The notes below the pieces were generated by a model. The model ran no database searches and was not told the DNA's origin. It saw nothing but the letters and a program-made list of their open reading frames with translations. DNA of 62,183 nt, the filler included, from Choristocarpus tenellus KU-1152 (Eukaryota > Protista > Phaeophyceae): assembly GCA_964200185.2 (NCBI GenBank). It is 11 parts of 11 records of this genome, joined end to end, with 100 filler letters (N's around TTAATTAATTAA, not from the genome) between each part and the next. Parts side by side here need not be neighbours in the genome. Positions count along the whole stretch, not along the records: positions 37,688 to 41,765 come from CAXNAD020016336.1; positions 41,866 to 45,654 come from CAXNAD020017911.1; positions 45,755 to 49,683 come from CAXNAD020017089.1; 8 more parts are not named here. One strand, given 5' to 3'. The translations under genes were made by a program, and so were the position numbers. Shown here one piece after another: positions 38,897 through 49,783 of the stretch; the first letter of the stretch is position 1; the number at the start of each line of letters is the position of its first letter.

Positions 38897-39968
38897 GCTC
38901 TGATTAGGCTAGATGCAAACTGAATGTGATTGTATCCTGTGACTTTTAGGGGAGACATTCCCAAAGGAAGCAAGATACACATTGATCTCAGCTGTGATTG
39001 GGAAGGTCGGAACTAGGGACCCATTATTTGTCGGCCAAGTCAGAGATGTATGCTTTGTAACTTTTGAACCACCCCTTCAAAACGAACAAGTGTATACTCA
39101 GATGATGCTAGACACAAACTGAATGTAATTGTATCCTGTGAAGTTTAGGATGAACATTCCCAAAGGAAGCAATGATACGCATTGATCACATTTGTGATTG
39201 GGAATATCGGAACTGGGGACTCTTTAATAGTAGACCAAGTCAGAGATGTATGCTTTGTAACTTTAAACCAGACCATCAGAAGGGACAAGTGTGCCCTCTG
39301 ATAGGCTAGATGCAAGGTGAATGTTATTGTCTCCTGTAATCTTTAGGATGGACATTCCCAAAGGAAGCAAGATACACATTGATCACCCCTTCGGTTGGGA
39401 AGATCGGAACGGGGACCCATTAATTGTAGACCAAGTCAGAAATGTATGCTTTGTAACTTTTGATCCACGCCTTCAAAAGGAAGAAGCATATACTCAGATG
39501 GGGCTAGAAATAAAACTGACTGTGGTTGTATCCTGTGAACTTTTAGGATGGACATTCCCAAAGAAAGGAAAGATGCATATCGATCACCCCTTCGGTTGGG
39601 AAGATCGGAACTGAGGACCCATTAATTATAGGCCAAGTCAGAAATGTATGATTTGTAACTTTTGAACCAGACCCTTAGAAGCAACAAGCATATTACTCAG
39701 ATTAGGCTAGGCACAAACTGACTGTGATTGTATCCTGTAGCCTTTAGGAGGGATACTCCCCAAAGAATCAAAGATATACATTGATCACATTTGTGATTGG
39801 GAAGGTCGAAACTCGGTCTGCATTAATTGTAGGCCAAGTCAGAGGTGTATGCTTTGTAACTTTTGAACCAGACCCTCAGAAGGAACAAGTGTATACTCGG
39901 ATGAGGCCAGACGTGAACTGACTGTGATTGTATCCTGTGACCTTTCGGATGGACACTCCCAAAGGAAA
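38897..39968. repeat. ~200-bp satellite, ~5.3 diverged copies
   Basis: Units start at about 38897, 39097, 39296, 39493, 39695 and 39896 and share gtatcctgtg...cattcccaaagga...ccaagtcagaga.gtatgctttgtaactttt. Confidence 0.95.
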
Positions 39969-40179
39969 CTAGGGGATACCTCATCAATGAGAAGGAAGCA
40001 CTAGGTAATTTGGAACTGGAATCCCTGTGGAACCTAATTAGAGACGAATTATTTTTGGGATTCTAGCTTTATCATCCAAGGGTAGCAGAATCATGCTGCC
40101 ATATAAGGATCGAGGTAGATGATAACAGTTGTCCTAGCCCATGACAATCACCTGTGGTAATCATGGAACATGTATACCT

Positions 40180-40441
40180 GACCAAAATATTTAAGAGGGT
40201 AGGGGTGGGTCCGTTCGGGGTCATAAATCCAATGTTGAAATTTTGGTTAATTTTGTCTATCGTGTTTGTTTGCAAGTGTCAATATCCTTGCTCCAGACAC
40301 ACCTTTCATAGTTGTATACATTTTAGGGTTAGGTTTAGAGTTCAAACAGAAAACAAAAAAGGGGCATAAAGAAAACGTGGGAAGCCAAGCCCCGAACGGA
40401 CAAATAGGGCAAAACTCCTACCCTCTTGAATGCCTTTGGTC
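40180..40441 (+). mobile_element. MITE family B, old diverged copy
   Basis: Aligns with 24907-25167 (agagggta...gggaagccaagcccc...taccctct). Confidence 0.7.
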
Positions 40442-40539
40442 GCCTAGTTTATGCTGAGGGGCATGTTACAGGCGATTAGCATGCCTGCTTTTGCACTCTA
40501 GCCAGTGTGGGCAGTTATATTCCCGAGTCCAATCGGTGT

Positions 40540-41640
40540 TCTTCGCATTGAAGCAGTTATATTTCATTTTCACATCTTGGTGGTGGTTCCATAAACGCCA
40601 TTTTGACCTCAAGTTCCCAGATTTTCTACATTATTTGTACTTCTTGAGTATATATTTTATAGTGATGATGATGACCATTGCATATAACGATCATGATACT
40701 TACAAGGTGAATAATCGAAGATCCAGCATACTTCACGACTTGTGCATCATGGAGCCTTATACGAGCTTCATGGTCCGTGTGCATTCTTGTGGATTGGAGC
40801 TGCATATCCCAACGTGGTAAGCTTGCGGAGCGTTTTGTATCACTGGCACCTCTTTGATAGGCTAATGGAGGCCTTGCCAAGGGTGCTTCTACGCCAAGGC
40901 ATACCAGCATGCAGTGCTGAAGTCGATCAAGACCCGAGCAACAAAAAGGTTCGGTTGTGTATTTGTAGATTTTACGGGACCGATTAGGTTACCTAGTCTT
41001 GGTGGGAAGCATTGGGCAATTTTCCTCATCAATAGCTACACATAGATGAGGTGGATCAGGTTCTTTCACGAGAAGAGGGACACAACAGACACGCTCAAGA
41101 ACTTCATTGCGGACGTTGTCACACTGTCAGGGTTGAAGATCAACATTATCTACACTTACGAGGATAGAGATCTGAGGGACGCTTTTCAACAGCTACTGAA
41201 AGGACTTGTCATAACACATGAACGCACTTCCCCCGAGACGCCCCAGTGCAATGGTGTAAGCCAGAGAGAGCGAATGGAATATGAAAAGAGAAGCCAATGG
41301 ATATACTACAAGACTAAATGTAGGTAAAAGTGATAGGCTTTGGGCAAAAGTGGTTGATACGGTATGTGATGCAACCAACATCTGTCCAACTATCACCAAC
41401 GAGGGTGTTACTCTGCTATACAACCTGTGGTACAGGATACTAACTACCCAGAACAAGATTCAACCCTTAGGAGGGGTACATGTGCAACAGAACAAGAAAT
41501 CACAACTGAAGAAAACCACAGGAATTGAAATGTGTCATGCTAAGGAATAGCTCACAACCATCCAAGCAACATGTTCAGAGTGTGTAACCTCAAGGCCAGA
41601 GAGATCCCATGCAAAAAAATGCGATGTGGCACCCAGCGTT
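40540..41640 (+). mobile_element. Degenerate Ty1/copia LTR-retrotransposon integrase region
   Basis: DLRGPIRLPSLGGKHW, MRWIRFFHEK.DTTDTLKNFIAD, ITHERTSPETPQCNGVSQR (TPQxNGVAER) and LWAKVVDTVCDATNICPT (LWAEA..TA.Y..NR.PT); stops and frameshifts. Confidence 0.85.
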
Positions 41641-41765
41641 GCAAGAAGGTAAGGAGCAGGCCTTGAAGCATAGTTACATGGGGGGCAACTGTGCAAAATA
41701 GGACAATAGTGAGGTGTACCTTATGTTGTGTATATGAGGTTATTGTGTTGAACTGAGTCCATGTG

Positions 41766-41865
41766 NNNNNNNNNNNNNNNNNNNNNNNNNNNNNNNNNNN
41801 NNNNNNNNNTTAATTAATTAANNNNNNNNNNNNNNNNNNNNNNNNNNNNNNNNNNNNNNNNNNNN
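41766..41865. other. Artificial contig linker
   Basis: 44N+TTAATTAATTAA+44N. Confidence 0.99.
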
Positions 41866-41944
41866 ATGAGGGGGCAACGCAGGGGGCAGCGCAGGCAACG
41901 AAAGCCACGCCCTTGCTGTGGGAGCAACTGTCATGGTGTTTTCG

Positions 41945-42740
41945 GGCAACAGGCGGTCTTGGGCAGTGAGAAGGTCTAGGAGTGAATTGAATTTGAAGCC
42001 GGGCATACGATGTTTGAATTTGAAGAGACCCATCGGACCAAAATGAAATCCGTGTTCTGGAAAACGCGTTTATTCTCGCTGCGATGAAATAAAAACTAGA
42101 TTCTAATCTGGCTTCAGGCAACAGTCGGTCTTGGGCACGATAGAATTGAATTCGACGCCGGGCGTATGAATGATGTTTGAGTTACGGGCGATCTGTCGGA
42201 CCACCCTGAAATCCATGATCCGGAAAATACGTGCATTATGGTTTTTAGAAATTAAAAATTCGATTATATTCGTAATTTCAAGAAATAAAAATACAAACTA
42301 CATACTTACTTGATCTTATACGTTTCAAATGTTCCGAAACTAAAAGGTCACAAAAAACTTACACTTTCTATCTGTTTTAAATATGAAATCGTATACTGTT
42401 CGATATTCACACTTTTTGGAACACAAGTATCAACGTAAAGAGAAATCTGATGTTCTTTAGGCACTGACCGACCAGCCTGAAATCCATGTTCTTGAAAATA
42501 CGTGTATTCTAGTTTTTATGAAATAAAAATTATACTCTATTCTTAATATCAACAAATAAAGATACAAACCATATACTTGATCTTATACATTTCAAATGTT
42601 CCGAAACTAAAAGGTCACAAAAAACTTACACTTTCTATCTGTTTTATATATGAAATCGTATACTGTTTGATATTCATATTTTTTGGAACACAGTTATCAA
42701 CGGAAAGAGAAATCTGAGTTCTTTGGGCACCGACCGAACA
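41945..42740. repeat. Nested direct repeats upstream of the ParB-like gene: ~170-bp pair (41945/42117) and ~270-bp pair (42206/42477)
   Basis: ggcaacag.cggtcttgggca twice; tttcaaatgttccgaaactaaaaggtcacaaaaaacttacactttctatctgtttta twice; tgaaatcc.tg three times. Confidence 0.9.
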
Positions 42741-42856
42741 GATGAAATAAAGCAGCACCTCCCAGCCCTCACTCCTCATTTCCATTCCTTCCCTTCTGCA
42801 CATACCACCAGCAGCTCTTTCTTATCTATCCCCGAAATACCTTCCCAATCTTCACC

Positions 42857-45654
42857 ATGTCAAACATTCGCTCAAAAACGACCCCCCTGCGCGCCAGTGA
42901 CGCTGCCCACGGATCGAGAGCATCGGACAGCAATGCCAAGGGCATGTCCTCGCTCCTCAAACAGCACTACCTCGGCATTTACAAGATGAAACTCGGCAAC
43001 ATCACATGCACGGAGATAGTGCGTCCCCTGAGCGAGTGTGGTCTTGCGCGCGTCAGCAAGTCCATCCGTGAAAAAGGCTGGCTCGAGCAGTTTGTTCCGT
43101 CCATTGTCATCCAACGAGACTGCTTAGGCAACGGGGATCAGCTCACCGCCGACACTGCGCTTGCCGTTCAAGGACGAACACTGGACGGAAACCATAGAAC
43201 AACAGTGTTGAAGAGAGAGTTTGATCACGAATGCGCTTTCATGATGAGGGTCTACATGGAGTTCAACCAAGCAGAAGAAAGGCTAATTGCCAACAGTGAG
43301 TGATCATTAGTGTTGTCGTTGTTCCTTGATTGCCCGAAGACTCTTTTGATCTACCAAGTTGTTGCCGTGTTTCCTTTGTTTAGTTCATCGTCAGTCAGTC
43401 CGTTTTTGGTCTTTTCGTTGTTGATCTTTTTTATCCCTCGTGGTCTTTCTGTCAGCAGCAACATTTTGCTCACTACTACCTTCCGCATGTGTCCTGCGAC
43501 CACTTCCCACCTACCCCTTGCCCCGTTCGCCCACGGCACCGCCACGCTTATAGCATTCAACGACGCGACCGAGAGTGTGGTTGAGCGCACGATGTACAAT
43601 AAGGTATATTTTCAGCACGAGCTCCAAGAAGCTATCAAGCGCCAGACAAGGAAGAAAGAAGTGTCACTAGCTGAGATCCGCAAAATATACAAAAAGGTGA
43701 GGGAGTTGTCAACGTTGGTGGGATGGTGGCGCTCTACTCTTCCTCTTGTTGGGTTGCAGCTGTTGTGAAGATCTCTCTATGTCCTCCTATTCAACCTAAG
43801 TTCAGATAGTTATCCCGCGTTTAGCAACCCTGTCAACCAAATGCTTGATTTTCGGGCGACCATGTAGTATGTGTGTGTGCAAAATCACAGACGAAGTGAA
43901 CAGTTTCTTCTTTTAGCACTAGGTAGGCCAGGCCGCTGAGTATCATACCCCACCCCCCCACTCCTCCCCCGGGTAAGGTCCACTCGAGGGGGACCGTTGC
44001 AGTGTTGCCTGAATTAATAAACACACGATGCGTCCTTTTGTGAACCAAACCCTCTCCTTCGTGGGCAACCACATGCTGTGTCTGTGTTGTATACACACGA
44101 ACAATAAAAAGCGTTCGTGTTTGTTTTATCGTTAGGCCAGGCCGCTGAATAACACCCCCCCCACATTCATACATACCCCGTTGGCGTGGTAATAACGATG
44201 CCTTATCCTGGCTGGCTGAGTGCATCATATTTTTCTATTCTGCGCATCGCGAAAGTGGGCGTTACTCCCCCGCCGAAAACAATTCTACGAAACTGGCAGC
44301 AAGGCGTAAAGCCTCTTCAACCAGAGTCCTTCGAGGTACTGAAGGAAGTGTGCGAGACTTCGTCACCGCAGGTCAACCGCAACGCGGTCACACTGAGCTA
44401 TCTGAGTCGCGAGGAGTTTGCCGGCTTCACTTCTCTGAAGCAGGGGCTATGCATCCGTCTGCTTGCGAGGCAAGTCAAACCACCACTGTGTTTTATCGTG
44501 TAGACAGCAGCAAGCGGCATGTGTGCCGGTCGCAGCACCTTCTACAGGAACGTTCAATTAGTGTCTCCTACGATGAAGACCGTAGTCGGGCATTGTTGTA
44601 TCGAACGACGAACCGTTTGTAGTACTGCGGAAGGACTACCTGCAGTGTGTGTTTCCTGTGTATGTGTGATCTTGTCTTTTCTGAACTACAACAATCGTTC
44701 CATAGAATATTTTCTGCAGTGGCGACCCTTTACTCATCATTACCTGCGCATCATTCTCGTTGACGTCCTTCATTGCCATTCTCTTTTTGCAGGTACAAGT
44801 CGTTCAATGAGAAGACTCCTACGGCGAGGGACTACAAGGAGATCGAATCGGACGCGCACATATCCGAGATGCTTATCTCACGCACCAGGCAGATTGTACC
44901 CAAGGAGAAGTGGACACCAGAGATCCAAAGGTTGGTAAATGGTGCAGTTGCAGCAGTTCTCTTTTTTTGCCTTTTCCGTATCTCCTGCGCACCCATACGT
45001 CAACATGCACCCCTCAATTGCAAAATGTGCTGTCAGCATCTTTTTTGGCACCGTACTGATTGATTGTTGCAAAAGTGCTCTGCACTTGGGGACGTTGCGT
45101 GAATGATGCACGGGCTGCCAGAGATATGGACAGGCTTGCATTTGAGAGTACCTCATTCCCGCCTACAACACGTGTCACTGTCGTAACCTACAGACAGGCT
45201 GGCGTCCTCGACAATGACTTCTTTCAAACTAATTCGCCCCGCAAGTCGCTTCCATTAGACGCGTTAACCACGTCAACCGTATTGTTTGTCTGCTCGATTG
45301 ACATGCTATCGTTCTTCATTACACCCTCCCATCTCTTACGTCACAAGCGTCTCCTCCTCTCCTCAACAATGTTCTCCGCCATGTCCACCACCAGATTCTC
45401 GAGAAGGACTCGACGCTACGCACTTACCTCACCACCTGGGATGGGAAATACCAGGATGTCCTCAACCAGGTCAACTTCCATCAGGTCCACAGCAGGCGAG
45501 GGGGCGGTGATGGCAGCGGCGCCGACGTCAAGAGCAACAACGGATCGTCATCAGATGGCGGGGAGAAACAAGATGAGGGAGGGGACAAAGGTGAGGGAGG
45601 GGATGAAGGCGAGGGAGGGGACGAAGGCGAGGGAGGGGATGAAGGCGAGGGAGG
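42857..45654 (+). CDS. ParB/Srx-domain protein with probable HTH and acidic Gly repeat, 3'-truncated; exons 42857-43295, 43554-43696, ~44255-44469, 44793-44930, 45194-45240, 45348->45654
   Basis: Exon 1: IVRPLSECGLARVSKSIREKGWL...PSIVI...LDGNHRTTVLK...MRVY..FNQAEERLIAN|TFN, the ParB N-terminal fold pattern. Exon phases are compatible, with GC donors (GCAAGT) at 44470 and 45241. The in-frame exon-3 acceptor reads AA rather than AG. The last exon ends in (GEGGDE)n. Confidence 0.75.
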
Positions 45655-45754
45655 NNNNNNNNNNNNNNNNNNNNNNNNNNNNNNNNNNNNNNNNNNNNTT
45701 AATTAATTAANNNNNNNNNNNNNNNNNNNNNNNNNNNNNNNNNNNNNNNNNNNN
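45655..45754. other. Artificial contig linker
   Basis: 44N+TTAATTAATTAA+44N. Confidence 0.99.
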
Positions 45755-46335
45755 TTTGTTGTTAAAAAAAAGAAGGGATCAAATTGATGCGAGAAAGGAT
45801 TGCACTTCCTCCCTTAAGCATCAGTTCAAAAGGTTTGTTGGCCAGGCTATCAGTACATGAGATGGCATCAGATTCTCTTTCATTCATGCAGGGGCTTTAT
45901 TGCAAGAAGTCATTTAAGAGGTATACCCCAAAATCTCACCAAGATCTGGCTCAGCTCTGCCTATTCTACGCTGCCCTCTGCGAAGCCGTTAGAAACACCT
46001 TCCCTATATAGTGCTTTTCCTCATCTTTGCTGACTGTATGTAGTGATGCTTTAAAAAAAGGAAGTGACATGTGAACAGCAATAATAATAATAATAATATT
46101 GATAGTAATGATGACGCTAATAATAGTAATAGGATAGGGTATGGCCATGAGCGTTACTCTGGACAGCAGATGCTATGGGGTGAATTGGATGAACCAAGGT
46201 GTATCCCAGAGAACAGACGTTAAAGAGCAATGGACACCTAATGTCGCCCCTACTGACGACAAAACATTTATGGTCAAGCCTGTAGGTGCTAGGCAACTTA
46301 TGCTGTTGAGGAAACAAACTCGGGTGTTTGTATGG

Positions 46336-46562
46336 ACAACTGAAGTGCTCCAGAACAATTGGAAGTGGTACAGACTATTTGGAAGTGCTCCAGAGCAATT
46401 GGTAGCGCTCCAGAGTAATTGACAGTGCTACAGATCAATTGGAAGTGGTACAGAGTATTTGGAAGTGCTCCAGAGCAATTGGTAGTTGTACAGAGCAATT
46501 GGAAGCGCTCCAGAGCAATTGATAGTTCTACAGAGCGCTTGGCTGTGCTACAGAGCATTTGA
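46336..46562. repeat. 20-bp minisatellite, ~11 diverged copies
   Basis: (gctccagagcaattggaagt)n alternating with the variant ggtacagagtatttggaagt. Confidence 0.9.
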
Positions 46563-47175
46563 CCCATTTACGTTGTCCCAGTAATGGACTTTACGGAGGA
46601 AGTTGACTCCATCAATGGCAAGTGTTGATGTCAAGGAGGACTCGTGTCATGAGTCGAAGGTGACTGAATGCTCTAGGGGGGAGTGGTAGCGCTGGGTGCT
46701 ACGCCTTCCATGGTGTGCAACTGTTACATGTTGAATATTTGTTGAGAATCCTGTGTGCGCCGGCGTCTGCTCTATGCACAACACTCATCATTTCATTGTT
46801 TTGGTGTGTTCTTAGGCTCTCTGGTGGCAAGATTTTTTTTATTTTTTTTATTATTATTATTTTTTTTTCGGAGCGCTTTGGTCTACGGCCTGTCAAGTGC
46901 GTTTTTGTCTGTTTTACAGAAGGTGGTTGTCCTTTCCTTATTGAAACCTTCTTTTGAATGTCTTGATCTTTTTCTAAGAAAATACACAAAGTTGAAGTTG
47001 AAGAGAGTATTTGAAGAGTTAGAAACAATCAAGAGATACCCCCCCTCAATTAGTTACTGACTCTATGTCTTGAGTAACGGCTGAGTGCGACATGACTGAA
47101 AATGGGTAATGCAGAGGGGAAGAGATTGTCAATAGCCGACTCTTGGACATCGTGAGCCTTGTTTCTTCGATCGGT

Positions 47176-47240
47176 TGGGGTTAGGGTTAGGGTTAGGGTT
47201 AGGGTTGTAGTTAGGATTGGGGTTAGGGTAGGGGTTAGAG
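47176..47240 (+). repeat. Interstitial telomere-like (TTAGGG)n
   Basis: Four perfect units plus degenerate ones; similar tracts at 4126-4150, 51650-51721, 53686-53711 and 53875-53891. Confidence 0.8.
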
Positions 47241-49683
47241 TCAGGATCGATTTTTTTACTCTACTGTATACTTCACTTTGATGGTGGATGCTCTTCTCCA
47301 TTTGTGAGTTGAATGATTTCGTTTTTTTATTTATTTTTTTGCCCCGCACAGCGTTCTGAAGGAATAGTTTGACTTTATTGTTTTTCTTTTTGATTGTGGT
47401 GATGTTTCTTGTAGTCCCCTTACGTTTTGAGGGTTAGGGTTACGTGTTGCGGTTGGGTTTGGTGTTGGCGTGTTCAAGATTAGCCAGGCCTTGAATCTTG
47501 GCCTTTTTCGGGTTAAGAATTTCAGCCCTAAGGCATTGAAGTTGGTTCTATTGGGGACGAGAAGTACTCCCTACATTGTTCAATCCACGTTATCTACTTA
47601 ACTACCTACCTGCTTAGTTACCTACCTAGCTACCTCTGGAGATGGTTACTACTCTGTGGCGGAATAGTCAAAAGAGCAATGAGACTGCATTACACCTGTG
47701 ATTTTTAATTATTTTTTAGTTATTAATATTATTATTATTACTATTTTTGCAAAGTATGCAGAAGATTTTAAAGTTGCACATGAGCGAGGTTTAGTTGTTA
47801 CTAATATTATTATTTTTGTTACCTTTATAACTGTTATTGTTATTATTATTATTCTATTTTCTGGTGATGAAAAAGCACAACTTCTGACTGAGAAAAAAAA
47901 GCAAAAATTATCTTACCCAGGCAAAAAAATAAAAATGAAGGCAAGCGAATGCGTAGTTTTTTTTTTAGTTGTGTTATGAAAGCTGTAGAATTAGGGCTCT
48001 TGATGTGTTGAGAGGGGTGTGTGTTGTGCATCAAACAGATACACAAACCTAAATATAAATATATGTACTTAAATTTGAAGGATAGGGTTAGGGTTTTGTG
48101 ATGAACTTGTGCAAAAAGCAAATATGGAGCTCAAAAGTAGTTTAATTAGTGAAGACTAGCTCAATGTGTGACCACATTCACACAAACACACACACACATA
48201 CGTATATATATATATATTTATATGGATAGATATACACACCTCAGACACATTACCTGATCGATACATGGTGATAAAATACTTGACTATGGTTTGGCAAGAA
48301 GATGTGAAGTACAGCTAACTCTGGTGCACTTTTTTGGACATTTTTATTTTGTATTTTTTTTCACCTTTTAAATTTATTTTGTTTTTTTACTTTTGTTTTT
48401 TATGTTTCATTTTTTTTTCATGTTTATTGTTGGAAAGTAAACTTGATGTGTATGGCCTTGATTACTGTACCTACAAGACTCTTTGCCATTGTTTATTATT
48501 GTTTATTCCTTGGTGACTTTCAGGTATGCTATTTGTTTTGGTGGTAGGTCTTGAAACGGGCTCAGCGCCAAGAATATTCTTTTTTTGTATTTTGCTAGAA
48601 GTAATGAAGCGTTGTTGGAAGGTGTTAGCATTGCTGCACGGTTTTATGTTCATTTGAAAACATCTTTTTTCAGATCGATTTCTATTTATTTTTTTTGGCA
48701 CTCCTGTTTTTTATTCCAGTCTGTTGGTGTGTTTCAACTATACCCCTGCCCTGAACAATAACTTGACTTAGGGTTAGGGTTATTGGCTGAAGTCAGACTC
48801 GACTGACTTTTCAAATTATCCTATGAGAATAGAACCCGAGAAACCCTAGAAAGAGGGGAAAAAATGTAGAAAAAATAGGAAGGAACAGAAGTCTCTGCAG
48901 AGATAGATACTGACATAATTTTTTTGTTAATATTTTTTTTATTTTTAGTGTGGATCTTTTGCTTCACGTCCTAGTAATAGAGTCACCAGGTTATGATTTG
49001 ATGAATGGGAGTTGGTTGGTGAGAGGCGTGCCGGTTAAAAAAACCCAAGTAAGTGCACGAGGAGGGAGATGGAGTCAAGAGATGATGTACAGTTGTTGCG
49101 TTAAAATGGCAAAAAAACAGAGTGCTTGTGTTAGTGGTACAGTCCCTAGATGATGCTGGTTGTTCTTGCTTGTTCAGGCTAGAAAGTGAGCTGTAATAAT
49201 TATTGTAATTGTTGTTCTACCAAGATGATAATACTGCTACTTCTACTATTACTATTACTACTAGTACTAGTACTAGCTATTGATATAGTAATAATGATAA
49301 TGGAAAATTGTAGGTGGTGCTCTGCTAGTGGGTTTACTTCCTCAGTTCAAAATCAATTTTAACAGTTTTGCCGGGCAGTGTGTAAGGAAATTTTCAACGC
49401 ATGTATCACATTATAAACATTTTATTGTATGGGTCTTTGCAAAAATCCCATCACAATGCTGTTGATCTACCATCTCAGTAGGTATTTTGCTTCCAGAAGA
49501 ATTGATCTTTGTCGGAGGCGTTTTGATATATGTGTGTTGGTTTTTTCTAGAAGTGAATCACCCCACAAACTGTCGGAAGTGAAACTGACTGGGGGAAATG
49601 CTATATTGTTGATGTTTTAGTTTTTTTAAAAGAGTTATTGCATTTACGTTTTTTTAGTTCCCTCCCTCCCTCCCTCCCTCCCT

Positions 49684-49783
49684 NNNNNNNNNNNNNNNNN
49701 NNNNNNNNNNNNNNNNNNNNNNNNNNNTTAATTAATTAANNNNNNNNNNNNNNNNNNNNNNNNNNNNNNNNNNNNNNNNNNNN
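49684..49783. other. Artificial contig linker
   Basis: 44N+TTAATTAATTAA+44N. Confidence 0.99.

Noticed and set aside
38897-39968. 200-bp array as CRISPR or coding repeat
   Set aside because: Whole units are homologous, with indels and stops; this is a satellite.
42857-43303. Bacterial contaminant parB or eukaryotic sulfiredoxin
   Set aside because: Phase-consistent spliceosomal introns and no parA argue against a bacterial contig; the lack of the GCHR catalytic Cys and the long C-terminal extension argue against sulfiredoxin.
45060-45710. 216-aa ORF with REGTKA/REGMKA repeats
   Set aside because: Mostly intron read-through or the wrong frame; the splice-consistent frame gives GEGGDE repeats.
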